DNA from: Candidatus Hadarchaeum sp.
GTDB taxonomy: Archaea; Hadarchaeota; Hadarchaeia; Hadarchaeales; Hadarchaeaceae
DNA length: 64,000 bases
Assembly (NCBI RefSeq): GCF_038871235.1
Contig: NZ_JAVZIN010000002.1
Location: 32,001 to 96,000, forward strand
Reading direction: 5' to 3'
Under the pieces are notes generated by a model. The model searched no databases, was not told the origin of the DNA, and saw nothing but the letters and a program-made list of their open reading frames with translations. A program made the translations under genes and the position numbers. The first letter of the stretch is position 1; every line of letters starts with the position of its first letter. Positions 1 to 9,889 of this stretch are shown here, one piece after another.

Positions 1-96
1 TAGCACATACTTAAAAAGGATAACGTCCCCATCTGCATTAGAACGACCAAACCTATGAAAAATATAACAAATAAAAATTCTTAGGAGGTTTCCTAG

Positions 97-672
97 ATGA
101 TTAAGATATTGGGAATAGTTGGCAGCCCTAGAGCCGGTGGCAACACGGAAATTTTGGTTAACGAAACATTGAAGGCTGCCGCAGAGGAGGGCGCCAACAC
201 TGAGCTATTACGGCTCTGCGACAAGGAGATAAAGCCCTGCGATGGCTGCCGCGCCTGTAGGAAAACCAGAGAATGCTGGATCAACGACGACTTTAGACCC
301 GTATTCGATAAAATGGTTGAGTCTGACGGCATCATCATCGCCTCCCCAGTCTATTTCAGCTCAGCGACACCGCAGGTAAAGGCCCTCATCGACCGTGCTG
401 GCTACCTCTCCATCGCTAGAGGCAGGGTCTTCGAAAACAAGGTCGGCGGAGCGCTGGTCGTGGCGAGAAGGGCTGGTCAGAACTTCACCTTCGCTGAGTT
501 GCTCTTTTTCTTCCTGCACCAAGGTATGATCGTCCCCGGTTCTAGCTACTGGAACGTAGCCTTCGGGAGGGAGCCGGGAGAGGTGCTGAAGGACGGGGAA
601 GGGATAGAAACTGCCAGAAACTTCGGCAAGAAGATGGTCTGGGTCATTAAGAGACTAAAGGGGCTTGGCTGA
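97..672 (+). CDS. Iron-sulfur flavoprotein (Isf) / NADPH-dependent FMN reductase family
   Basis: GSPR..GNTE N-terminus, compact CDGCRAC-x5-C Fe-S motif, ASPVYF; SD aggagg upstream. Confidence 0.9.
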   Translation: MIKILGIVGSPRAGGNTEILVNETLKAAAEEGANTELLRLCDKEIKPCDGCRACRKTRECWINDDFRPVFDKMVESDGIIIASPVYFSSATPQVKALIDRAGYLSIARGRVFENKVGGALVVARRAGQNFTFAELLFFFLHQGMIVPGSSYWNVAFGREPGEVLKDGEGIETARNFGKKMVWVIKRLKGLG

Positions 673-686
673 AGCAAAGATTTTAT

Positions 687-2453
687 TCAATCTAGTTTAA
701 CTGGAACTATCCTTCTGCTCCTGACGTCAACGAGGCCCTTGTCAGTCAAACCGAGTTCGGGGACCGTAGGTAGCGAGATGAATGAAAGCGTCATGAATGG
801 CGCATTAAGTTTGCAACCCAGCTGTCTAGCAGCTTGATTTAACTTTTCCAGCTTACGAGTCACTATCTCTGGTGAATGCATGCTCATCAGCCCGGCCACG
901 GGGAGTTCAAGCTTTTCCAAAATTTTACCTTGGTTAACTGCCACTAAACCGCCCCCCATCCGCTTGATCTCGTTGACTGCCCTAGCCATGTCGGCCTCGC
1001 TAGCACCAACCACAACGATATTATGGTGATCATGTGCAACCGAAGAAGCAATAGCTCCTTCTTTAAGTTCAAATCCCTTCACAAAAGCCGTAGCAATGTT
1101 TCCTGTTCTCTTATGTCTTTCCACACAGGCTATTTTCAAAATATCATTAGCAGTATTAACAATTACCTTGCCTTCTCTGACGGCTAACTCGGTCTTAATT
1201 TCCTTGTTTATTATCTGGCCCTCTATAATCTGAATTACTCTAACCGCTTGAACCTCCTTGCTGCTGTTTATTTCGAAATCAGCCGGCATCACATCTCGCT
1301 TTATCTTAATGGTGTTGGTGCTCCAAGCAGGCCATCTATATTCACGCAGTCCAACAAGCAATTTTCCCTTTTTCGCTACAATTTTTCCGTTTGCAATGAC
1401 GATTTCTGGTTTGAACTTTTCCAAATCTCTAACCAAGATAACATCGGCAAATCTTCCGGGCGCTATGCTTCCAACATCGTCATCGAGTCTGAAATGCTCA
1501 GCACAGTTAATTGTGGCGAGTTGTATCGCCTTAATCGGATCCAGACCAAGGCTAATCGCTTTTCTTACATTGTAATCTATGTGTCCCTCTTTGACAATAT
1601 CGTTCGGATGCTTATCATCCGTACAGAAGAAAAAGTTACGCGGATCTTGGCCACTTTTTATAATTAATTTTATTAGCTCCTCCAAATTTCTCTCGCTGGA
1701 GCCCTCTCGAATCATCACTTTCATGCCAACCCTGATTCTCTCTAGAGCTTCTTCAGCCGTTACGCACTCGTGGTCGTCTCCAATGCCTGCTGAAGCATAA
1801 GCATTAAGCTCTGCACCGCTAAGACCGGCCGCATGTCCTACTCTCACCTTCCATGACTTCTTGGTAGCTATAACCTTCAGAAGATATTCGTCCTGCGGCG
1901 GGATAACCTTTGATGGATCTAACTCTCCTAGTCCGACGACGGTCCCCCACCTTATCATTCGAACGACTTCTCTGACTCCTAAAACCGCTCCAGTGGTTTC
2001 CAAGCCCGGAGCCGTTGGAACTCTCGAGGAAATCTGCACATAGGTTTTCAGCGGCGACCCCCATGCATCCTCCAGCAGGGAATTGATGCCGCGAAGACCA
2101 AGAACGTTAGCTATCTCCATTGGGTCAATGAAAACTGTAGTTGTCCCGCAAGGAAGAATGATCTTTGACAACTGGGTAGGAGTCAACAGTGTTGAATCAA
2201 GATGCACGTGCCCATCAAGCAACCCAGGAACTGCATAATATTGGCTACAGTCCAAAACTTTCTTGGCTTTTCCTGAGGACTTGTCAATAGAAGCAATTCT
2301 GCCTGCCGCTATGCTTATATCGGTTCTAGAGATCTCGCCTGTAAAAACATTGAGCAAATTGCAGTTACTAAGTATCAAGTCGGCTGGCAGTTCTTTTAAT
2401 GCTGTTTTGATAATCCTTTTATACACTGAAAGCTCTTTTGTGTTGCGTCCCAC
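687..2453 (-). CDS. ade: Adenine deaminase (AdeC type)
   Basis: PGLLDGHVH, DDHE, REGS, FCTDD, SSVAHDHHN, LPVAGLMS motifs; 588 aa. Confidence 0.9.
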   Translation of the reverse strand: MGRNTKELSVYKRIIKTALKELPADLILSNCNLLNVFTGEISRTDISIAAGRIASIDKSSGKAKKVLDCSQYYAVPGLLDGHVHLDSTLLTPTQLSKIILPCGTTTVFIDPMEIANVLGLRGINSLLEDAWGSPLKTYVQISSRVPTAPGLETTGAVLGVREVVRMIRWGTVVGLGELDPSKVIPPQDEYLLKVIATKKSWKVRVGHAAGLSGAELNAYASAGIGDDHECVTAEEALERIRVGMKVMIREGSSERNLEELIKLIIKSGQDPRNFFFCTDDKHPNDIVKEGHIDYNVRKAISLGLDPIKAIQLATINCAEHFRLDDDVGSIAPGRFADVILVRDLEKFKPEIVIANGKIVAKKGKLLVGLREYRWPAWSTNTIKIKRDVMPADFEINSSKEVQAVRVIQIIEGQIINKEIKTELAVREGKVIVNTANDILKIACVERHKRTGNIATAFVKGFELKEGAIASSVAHDHHNIVVVGASEADMARAVNEIKRMGGGLVAVNQGKILEKLELPVAGLMSMHSPEIVTRKLEKLNQAARQLGCKLNAPFMTLSFISLPTVPELGLTDKGLVDVRSRRIVPVKLD

Positions 2454-2489
2454 ATTACTCCCTTTTACTACTTGAAACTCCTCTTGTTT

Positions 2490-3809
2490 TTACAGAATCC
2501 ACTTGTGATACCTTGGCGCTGGTGATCCAAACAGATATTCTTCAACATTGGGTCCGTATGTTGATAGGTTCTTTTCGTCTCCATTTATCTTCACGGCACG
2601 CTGAGTAAACTGGTAATCCCTTCCTTTGATGGCAACCACCCTACCATCAACCATCACCAGTGCCGGGGCACAGACATCTCCGTGTTTCAAAGCATCCAAG
2701 AAGTCTTTAGCCGCTGAACCATGTGGTTTATCGGTAATCACTATATCCGCCTCTCTTCCTACCTCAATTATCCCTCGGTTCATGTCGACAAACTTACCGA
2801 AGTGTCTGGCCGCATTACCAGTCGCCATGGCAACTACTTGCTCCGGCGCAACATTAGTCATGGACGCCACTTGAGCCATTAACACCCAGAGAGAGCCCCA
2901 CTGAAGTCCCAAACCCACGGCCTGGTCGGAACCCATCACCACCCTGTCCAGCTGTCCTTTTTCCCTTGCATATTCCACTATCTTCAGAGCCAACCTAGTG
3001 TTCGATTGGGCACTTAACTCAAGTGCTGTGTCTCGCCGAGTCTTGTCAATTATCTCCTTTATCTCATCCCAAGATAACGGAGTTGAACCACCGCTTAGGT
3101 GCGCCACCTTGTCTGGGTCTATCTTTATGATCTTCTCTGGTGACATGTGAGAAGAGCCAGGTATTGAACACGGTGAAGCATGGGCAGAAACATGCCAGCC
3201 AAACTCCCGTGCCCATTTTATATACTGTAACACATCTTCCGGCTCTGAAAGACCCCCGCCTCCGATCTCAGCTATCAACCTTACTCCGGCATCGGTCATC
3301 TCCTTGAAATCTTGCTTGGTCAATCCTCTTACCAGAATCAGTGCCCCGCCGACAACCTTCAGCGCACTGCCAGGCATCCAACGCTTATATATCGTCGCCT
3401 CTGTTATCGTATTGGCTTTTGTAGCAACCGGATCATCATAATATCTCCCAAGTCCCCAAGCATGTAAGCCCTCTGATATTAAGGTGGTTATCCCGCAGTA
3501 GGCCAAGTTCTCCATCCAGTTCATTGCCTGACATATCGCGGAGTAATCGTGGAAGGTGATGTGGGCGTGCGTTTCGATTAACCCAGGGATTACCATCATT
3601 CCGTTGGCATCAATCACCGTCTCAGCTTCGCTATCCTTGATAGTCCTTTCGTCACCAATTTTTTTAATCAGACCCTCTTTAACCAAAATTTTTGATTTGT
3701 TTAAGGTTGGTTTGTTGATGTCACCTGTAACAATCAATCCGATGTTCTTTATTACGGCATCCCCTTTTTCGTGTTTGAGGGGAAATGGTTCCCTCTTAAT
3801 TTTAGTCAA
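2490..3809 (-). CDS. Enamidase-like amidohydrolase
   Basis: PGLIETHAH, KANTIT, VGGALIL.RGLT..DF.EM, SIPGSS, AHLSGG.T, GQLDRV..GSD, ATGN resemble Eubacterium barkeri enamidase; TTG start. Confidence 0.75.
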   Translation of the reverse strand: MTKIKREPFPLKHEKGDAVIKNIGLIVTGDINKPTLNKSKILVKEGLIKKIGDERTIKDSEAETVIDANGMMVIPGLIETHAHITFHDYSAICQAMNWMENLAYCGITTLISEGLHAWGLGRYYDDPVATKANTITEATIYKRWMPGSALKVVGGALILVRGLTKQDFKEMTDAGVRLIAEIGGGGLSEPEDVLQYIKWAREFGWHVSAHASPCSIPGSSHMSPEKIIKIDPDKVAHLSGGSTPLSWDEIKEIIDKTRRDTALELSAQSNTRLALKIVEYAREKGQLDRVVMGSDQAVGLGLQWGSLWVLMAQVASMTNVAPEQVVAMATGNAARHFGKFVDMNRGIIEVGREADIVITDKPHGSAAKDFLDALKHGDVCAPALVMVDGRVVAIKGRDYQFTQRAVKINGDEKNLSTYGPNVEEYLFGSPAPRYHKWIL

Positions 3810-3922
3810 AAATACACCTCCAGAGCAAATTTTCGGCTTCTATTATATAAATTTTTATTAACTGAACGACCGACTCCAAAATCACCGTTTTGAGGATTGA
3901 ATCGGAAAAATAAAATTAAAAC

Positions 3923-4753
3923 TTAAGCACTTGCGCTTGAAATTACCTTTTCCTTTATTTCTCTTAAAACACTGCAAAGCGCATCAGACAAGATTTCGAA
4001 AATCAACTCCCCCTTATCTCTACTGGCCTTGGTGGGGTCTCCAACGGCTCCAGTCTGAGACATTTCCTCGAAATTCCACGAAAATGAAAAAAGATGGTGC
4101 GGTTTTTCGATCAGAAGATGTTTATAGCCTGAACTCTCGGTAAATTTACATGGATAGGACTCGGCTATTCTTTCTTTGTTCACCAGATCTGGACGCAGGA
4201 CCATCATCTGAGAAGTTTCGGCCTCGCAGGCATGGAAGATCCCCGCTTCACCGCTTTCTCTGACTCCAGTCTTTAAATCATCTTGAATATCCGTCTGCCA
4301 CCAATCGAAAACCGCCACAAAGGTATTGGTTTCCCTAGCGATATCAGAGGTTAAAGCACCCAACAGCTGAACGTGGCCCCCATGGGCGTTCACAAAGACC
4401 AATTTTTTAAACCCCATTTTGGCAAGAGATGCGCAAATGTCCTTAACTAGGTAAATAAATGTAATGGGCTCCAAAGAAATAGTCCCGACCCAATTTTTGC
4501 TCTCAGTTGACTTGCCAAAAGGAACTAGCGGAGCGACCACAACCGGAAACTCCTTTGAAATTTTCTCTGCGGCCATTTTAGAAACTTCAACAGCAATGTA
4601 GTTATCGGTAAAGATGGGTAAGTGATCACCGTGTTGCTCCACCGTGCCGATTGGGATCAAAACTATATCGCATTTTTTTATAATCTCCTTTATTTCTGAA
4701 ACGTTCATTTCTTCAAGAAGATATTTCACTTCTACCACATTAGAACTTTCCAA
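3923..4753 (-). CDS. Creatininase-family amidohydrolase
   Basis: PIGTVEQHGDHLP..TD, VNAHGGH, HACEAETS, GAVGDP motifs. Confidence 0.88.
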   Translation of the reverse strand: MESSNVVEVKYLLEEMNVSEIKEIIKKCDIVLIPIGTVEQHGDHLPIFTDNYIAVEVSKMAAEKISKEFPVVVAPLVPFGKSTESKNWVGTISLEPITFIYLVKDICASLAKMGFKKLVFVNAHGGHVQLLGALTSDIARETNTFVAVFDWWQTDIQDDLKTGVRESGEAGIFHACEAETSQMMVLRPDLVNKERIAESYPCKFTESSGYKHLLIEKPHHLFSFSWNFEEMSQTGAVGDPTKASRDKGELIFEILSDALCSVLREIKEKVISSASA

Positions 4754-4828
4754 AATTTCCTTAAAAGACTTCTCAAACCAAACCTATTTCAAAGTAAATC
4801 GACAAACAAAAAAGAAAATAAACAACCT

Positions 4829-5875
4829 TTAGAGAGTTGTCGGCACAGTTAATTTTCCTGACAGTATGTCCTCTCTCGCCTTTGCCACCATGTCTTTAGC
4901 TCTTTGTGGAATCTCGGTGTCAAAGTTATAAAATGGAGCCATCTCCATACCTTTGCCTAACTCAATAGAATATTTGCCCTTTCCATAGTTTCCAGTATAG
5001 ATGTCATTAATCATAGAAAATAGGATATCGCTGTAGTCATAGACGTTGCTGGTCAACACGTATCCCGGCGCCAATACTGATTGATCTACTGGATAACCTA
5101 TGTAGAAAACTTCCTTACCAGCATCCCTAGCTGCTTTCACCGCTTGAATGACGCCGAGACTCGTCCCGTCGCCTTGGCAGTAGATAACATCAACGCCTTT
5201 TGCCATCAATGACTCTGCCGCCACTCTCCCTCCCTCAGGGTCAGCCCAGCCGCCTACATAAATGTGATCAAAAGTTATCGAAGAATCGTACGCCTGTGCT
5301 CCTGCCTTGAACCCCGCTTCACCCAAGACGATGTGCAGTGTTTCCATTCCAGAGATGACACCAACTTTTTTAGTGCGCGACATTGAGCCACCGATTATCC
5401 CCAGAAGATAAGCAGTTTTATGGGGAAACTCGTCGATCACATCTACTTTCCCAGAAATTGCATCAGCCGCCTTTCCTTCGTTTATCAAGAAATACACTCC
5501 TTGCGAAGTCCCTGAAGCCACCGCTAGAATAGCCTCACGATACTGGAATCCCCACGCCCAGATCCAGTTATACCCAACCGAAACTAAATCTCTGGCTGCA
5601 CCCTCAGCATCTCCCGGCTCTACCAGTTCAACAAATTTGTGGCTAGTTATTCGGATCGGTAAATCCATTGTCTCAAGTTTGTTCAGGGCCACAAGCGGAG
5701 CGTAGTCCCATCCATAGTCCGTCACTGTTCCAGGCAAAATCACTCCTACTTTCAACTCAGTAGGAACTCCTGCTGCAGGACCGGTAGGACCACCACCCAT
5801 CATCAAAGCTACCGCTGCAACCACTACTACGATGACGATGACGGCAACGACGATCGCTACATTCTTACTCTTCAT
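4829..5875 (-). CDS. BMP-family ABC transporter substrate-binding protein (nucleoside/purine type)
   Basis: N-terminal membrane anchor, D.GW, GFQY, AYLLG.IG, YVGGWADP..G, DQS; ATG at 5875 has SD aggagg. Confidence 0.88.
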   Translation of the reverse strand: MKSKNVAIVVAVIVIVVVVAAVALMMGGGPTGPAAGVPTELKVGVILPGTVTDYGWDYAPLVALNKLETMDLPIRITSHKFVELVEPGDAEGAARDLVSVGYNWIWAWGFQYREAILAVASGTSQGVYFLINEGKAADAISGKVDVIDEFPHKTAYLLGIIGGSMSRTKKVGVISGMETLHIVLGEAGFKAGAQAYDSSITFDHIYVGGWADPEGGRVAAESLMAKGVDVIYCQGDGTSLGVIQAVKAARDAGKEVFYIGYPVDQSVLAPGYVLTSNVYDYSDILFSMINDIYTGNYGKGKYSIELGKGMEMAPFYNFDTEIPQRAKDMVAKAREDILSGKLTVPTTL

Positions 5876-5891
5876 TTTTCCTACCTCCTTT

Positions 5892-5965
5892 TTAACAAAC
5901 ACCTACATTTGGTTGTGTTGTTAAATTAAATTGTATTTAAACCAATATTAACATTTTTGTGTTAA
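5892..5965. promoter_or_regulatory. Two TTAACA...TGTTAA inverted repeats, candidate operator of the BMP operon
   Basis: TTAACA(5892)..TGTTAA(5919) and TTAACA(5948)-N6-TGTTAA(5960) in AT-rich promoter region. Confidence 0.4.
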
Positions 5966-5980
5966 ATTTACGCATTTGTG

Positions 5981-6706
5981 TCAAGAAAGGTTTAAAAGCG
6001 ATTCAACCCTGCATTTCAGCTTCAAATTCCTCTTTATTTTTTGCACGGAGTCATCAATCGAAAAAATGGTAAAAATGCCTGCTAATCTCGCCTTCGACCT
6101 TTCCACCAGCCTTACCAAGGCCTCGATCGTCGCCCCTGTTCGGGCTATATCATCCACGATAAAAACTTGATCTCTGGGTTTTATCGAACCCTTAGGGATG
6201 TAAAAGGTTTTAAACAAGACTGGTGAAAAAACCGCCCTTTCTTCCAGAAATTCGATGCTTCCTATATCCCTCTCCTTTTTAGCCACTACTATTTTTGCTC
6301 CAAGTCCATTTCCTATTTGTACTGCCAAGGGAATCCCATCGGTGGCAGCAGTAAGCACCTTATCGATCTTGGCTAGTTCAAACTCGTGTATTATAAACCT
6401 CGCGATTAGATTCTGTAAGTTAACATCATAATTTACTTGAGTGAGAATGTAGGCGCCTCCCACCTCAGTGACTTTTGCCTTAATTATCTCTAATAAGTAT
6501 TTTTCCTTGAAAAGGTCAATTATTTTCTCCGATTTTTCGGAATTTGGTAACATGTGGCCGTTGATGTATCTACTTAAGACGGTTGGCGGCAAATCGATCA
6601 ACTTAGACAGCTGCGCGTAGGAATAATTGCTCTTTAACGCCCTCAGTATATCCACAGCCAAGATTCTTTTTCTAACTTCCGCTAAACTGCTCATGTCTTC
6701 CGCCAA
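5981..6706 (-). CDS. HTH + phosphoribosyltransferase domain protein (PurR-like purine regulator)
   Basis: N-terminal HTH (YSYAQLSKLIDLPPTVLSRYING) and PRPP-binding loop VFIVDDIARTGAT. Confidence 0.85.
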   Translation of the reverse strand: MAEDMSSLAEVRKRILAVDILRALKSNYSYAQLSKLIDLPPTVLSRYINGHMLPNSEKSEKIIDLFKEKYLLEIIKAKVTEVGGAYILTQVNYDVNLQNLIARFIIHEFELAKIDKVLTAATDGIPLAVQIGNGLGAKIVVAKKERDIGSIEFLEERAVFSPVLFKTFYIPKGSIKPRDQVFIVDDIARTGATIEALVRLVERSKARLAGIFTIFSIDDSVQKIKRNLKLKCRVESLLNLS

Positions 6707-6707
6707 C

Positions 6708-6733
6708 TAAACAATTAGAGATGGTATTGTTTA
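6708..6733. promoter_or_regulatory. Perfect 8-bp inverted repeat TAAACAAT-N10-ATTGTTTA at the regulator start
   Basis: Seen directly; half-site resembles the 5892-5965 repeats. Confidence 0.4.
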
Positions 6734-6953
6734 AGTTTGATTGCTTCTTTCCAACCGACGATATCGTAAGCGCTTGGAGGTTCTGTCAGACCTTCGCCTA
6801 ATTCCAAAGCAGGTTCAGATGGCGACACCTGATCAACTGACAACCAAGCAAAAGAGATAGGTCAAGAGCTGGGTGAAGGGGTTTTATTTCAATAACACCG
6901 GCACGACTTTTGTAAGCTTTATAATTATTATACTTAAGTGTAATGGGAAACTT

Positions 6954-7981
6954 ATGAAAAGTATCCCTTACCTCTCATGGATCGCGCCAATAATTGCAAT
7001 AATCGTTGGCTTTTTCATCGGCGCTGTTGTGATCGCCCTGAGCGGCCTAAATCCCATTGACGCTTATGCAAGGACTTTCTCGCAGTTTTTTAGCAGCTTG
7101 TTTAAAATTGGAGAGATCGTGGTCTTCGCCATACCGCTAATGATAATAGGTGCCGGATTAGTGCTTTCATTTGAAGCTAATTTCTGGAACATAGGAGCTG
7201 AAGGACAACTTTGGGTTGGTGGTCTTCTGGCAACTCTGATTGGACTTTATATAAACACTTCGGCGCCTATATACTTCATAACTATGGTGATTGCCGCTTT
7301 CTTAGGCGGCGTGGCTTGGGGACTGTTGCCAGTGATACTGAAAATAAAATATGGAACTAACGAAATTCTAACCAGCATGTTGTTGTGCCCAATTGCCATT
7401 TTATTAATTGATGCCCTCTTAACCGGTCCGCTAAAGGATCCAGTTTACCTATTCAACCAAACTCAGCTAATCGCGACCGAAGCTTGGCTGCCCGTTTTGA
7501 TACCCGAAACCAGAATAACACTCGCTCTATTTTGGCCCTCGCCTGTGTAATTGTGGTACACCTCATTCTCCAACGTTGCTCCTTGGGCTATCAAATAAGG
7601 GCAGTTGGCCATGGACTTAAAGCCGCAAAAGCATCAGGAATAAACGTATCTAAGATACTTTTGCTCACCATGATTATAAGCTCCGGACTCAGCGGAGTCG
7701 CGGGATATACTTTGCTAACTTCAATTCACCATCGACTTCTGCGCGGTTTCTCGCCAGGAGGCGGCTTTCTTGGATTTTGGGGCTATGGCTACATGGCTAT
7801 TGCGGTGGCACTACTAGCTAAGGGCAGACCACTGGCAACCATAGCCACGGCGGCAATCTTCGGATTTCTTGAGGCCTCTAGTTATTTGATGGAAGCCGCT
7901 GCAGGTGTCTCAAGATATATAATGATATTTGTTGAAGCGGTGATCCTAATAGCGATCGTCTGGCTTTATAGAATACGATAG
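6954..7981 (+). pseudogene. Nucleoside ABC permease split by a frameshift near 7521-7530 (or an assembly error)
   Basis: ORF 6954..7550 has WNIGAEGQ and NEILTS; ORF 7484..7981 has GYQIRAVG and GYMAIAVALL; one added base in ctcgctct restores a full-length permease. Confidence 0.75.
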
Positions 7982-7989
7982 GTGATAAA

Positions 7990-8877
7990 ATGGTGCTCGA
8001 TATTTTGGGATACATTTTATCCACAACATTGGACTACTCTACTCCAATCCTGATTGCTGCGATGGGAGAACTTATCGGTCAGCGTTCTGGTGTTCTAAAC
8101 CTCGGTATTGAAGGGACTATGTTAATGGGTGCCTTCATGAGCTATTTCGCCTCAATATATCTGGGCAATCTATACCTTGGTGTGTTTGTAGGAATTTTAA
8201 TCGGAATCGGACTAGGGATGATTATAGGTACCTCAAACATAGTGCTCGGCCGAAGCCAGATTGTCACGGGGATAGGAATGAATATGATGGGTATAGGCCT
8301 CTCAAGCTTCCTTTTTGTAAAAACCATCACTGATGTTTTTGGCAAGGTGCCTCCTGCAGGAACTATTCCTGCAATATTTTTCGGCGTCAGCCCCTTTACT
8401 TTTTTAGCCGTTGCTCTCGTTCCGACAATCTGGTTCTTTTTATACCGAACCACTGTTGGTCTCAAGGTCAGAGCAGTAGGTGAAAATCCTGAAGCTGCTG
8501 ATGTCGCTGGCATTAGTGTGCTCAAAACTAGATTTTCTTGTCTGCTTTTTGCAACGGCTTTAGCAGGATTAGCGGGCAGCTCGCTAGCGATCGGGACAAC
8601 AGGTTTATTCACCCATAACATGACGGCGGCGCGTGGTTTCATAGCTATTTCAGTCGTCATCCTTTCCAACTGGTCTCCACAAAAATGTTTGTTTGGTGCC
8701 CTTCTCTTCGGCCTCGTTTACTCAATTCAGGCAGTGTTCCAAGCCTACGGCGTTCCTGTGCCGTGGCAGGTGACGCTGACATTTCCATACATCGTGGCAA
8801 TAATTGCTCTCTTAGTTGCCTCGCGCAGGGCTCAAGCCCCTGCAGCTTTGATGATCCCATTCTTGAGAAAGAGATGA
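7990..8877 (+). CDS. Nucleoside ABC transporter permease (BPD_transp_2)
   Basis: GELIGQRSGVLNLGIEG, GLKVRAVGENPEAAD, RGFIAI, PAALMIPF. Confidence 0.9.
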   Translation: MVLDILGYILSTTLDYSTPILIAAMGELIGQRSGVLNLGIEGTMLMGAFMSYFASIYLGNLYLGVFVGILIGIGLGMIIGTSNIVLGRSQIVTGIGMNMMGIGLSSFLFVKTITDVFGKVPPAGTIPAIFFGVSPFTFLAVALVPTIWFFLYRTTVGLKVRAVGENPEAADVAGISVLKTRFSCLLFATALAGLAGSSLAIGTTGLFTHNMTAARGFIAISVVILSNWSPQKCLFGALLFGLVYSIQAVFQAYGVPVPWQVTLTFPYIVAIIALLVASRRAQAPAALMIPFLRKR

Positions 8878-8920
8878 AAATAAAGAAAGTTATAATTGAG
8901 TTTGCGCCGTCTTTAAAATT

Positions 8921-9889
8921 ATGCAGTACATCATCGAAACCTTCGATCTTTGCAAATACTACACTAACGTCAAAGCAGTAGACAGGTTAAACCTTAAGAT
9001 AAAGAAAGGAGAGATCTTCGGTTTACTCGGTCCCAACGGCGCCGGTAAAACCACCGCCATCTCAATGCTCTGCACAATACTTCCGCCCACCTCGGGGACG
9101 GCAACTGTAAACGGTTTTGACATCATTGAAGAGCCGGGGGAGGTCAGAAAATCGATAGGCATCGTCTTCCAGCAGCCGAGCGTTGATGATCTTCTCACTG
9201 GAAGGGAAAATCTCATGATGCACACCCTCCTGTTTAAGATGCCAAAGGAAATCAGGAAGAAAAGAATCGATGAGGTGCTCATGCTGGTCGACCTCGAAAA
9301 AAGAGCCGACGATCTGGTCAAGACCTACTCGGGAGGCATGCGCCGAAGACTGGAACTGGCGCGGGGCATGATGCATTACCCCACCGTGCTTTTTTTGGAT
9401 GAACCTACGTTAGGCCTTGACCCGCAAACGAGGGAACACATTTGGAGATACATCTCAACTTTGGCAAGGAAAGAGAAGATGACAATACTGCTCACCACCC
9501 ACTATATGGAAGAAGCGGAACTCCTCTGCGACCGTGTGGGCATCATCGACGCGGGGAAGATAATCGCCCTCGATGAGCCGGAAAAACTGAAATCCCGGCT
9601 GGGCGGCGACAAGATAATCATCAGGACAAAAAATCCGAAGCTCGCTGTGCTGAGAAAGCTCGACTGTGTAAAGGCCATTCACCGGCAGGGGGACATGCTC
9701 CAAATCGTGCTCAACAACCGTGAATGTGATCTGAAAAAGATTCTCCTCAACGCCGGTGATGTCAAAAGTGTGGAACTGAAGCCAACCACGCTCAACGATG
9801 TCTTCCTCCACTACACCGGCAAACAGATAAGGGAGAACGAGGCCGAGGGAGGATTCTGGCAGAGAATAATGAGCGAGCGGAGAACATGA
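8921..9889 (+). CDS. ABC-2 (DrrA-like) exporter ATP-binding protein
   Basis: GPNGAGKTT, YSGGMRRR, LFLDEPTLGLD, TTHYMEEA. Confidence 0.92.
   Translation: MQYIIETFDLCKYYTNVKAVDRLNLKIKKGEIFGLLGPNGAGKTTAISMLCTILPPTSGTATVNGFDIIEEPGEVRKSIGIVFQQPSVDDLLTGRENLMMHTLLFKMPKEIRKKRIDEVLMLVDLEKRADDLVKTYSGGMRRRLELARGMMHYPTVLFLDEPTLGLDPQTREHIWRYISTLARKEKMTILLTTHYMEEAELLCDRVGIIDAGKIIALDEPEKLKSRLGGDKIIIRTKNPKLAVLRKLDCVKAIHRQGDMLQIVLNNRECDLKKILLNAGDVKSVELKPTTLNDVFLHYTGKQIRENEAEGGFWQRIMSERRT

Noticed and set aside
3923-4753. Creatininase-like gene as ArfB partnering the nearby GCH-III
   Set aside because: It sits in a separate transcription unit within a transporter/catabolic cluster and cannot be assigned without a phylogeny.
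6760-6870. Known riboswitch (fluoride, PRPP/ykkC or purine) upstream of the PurR-like gene
   Set aside because: Only fragmentary resemblance; core consensus motifs not found by eye. An Rfam scan would settle it.
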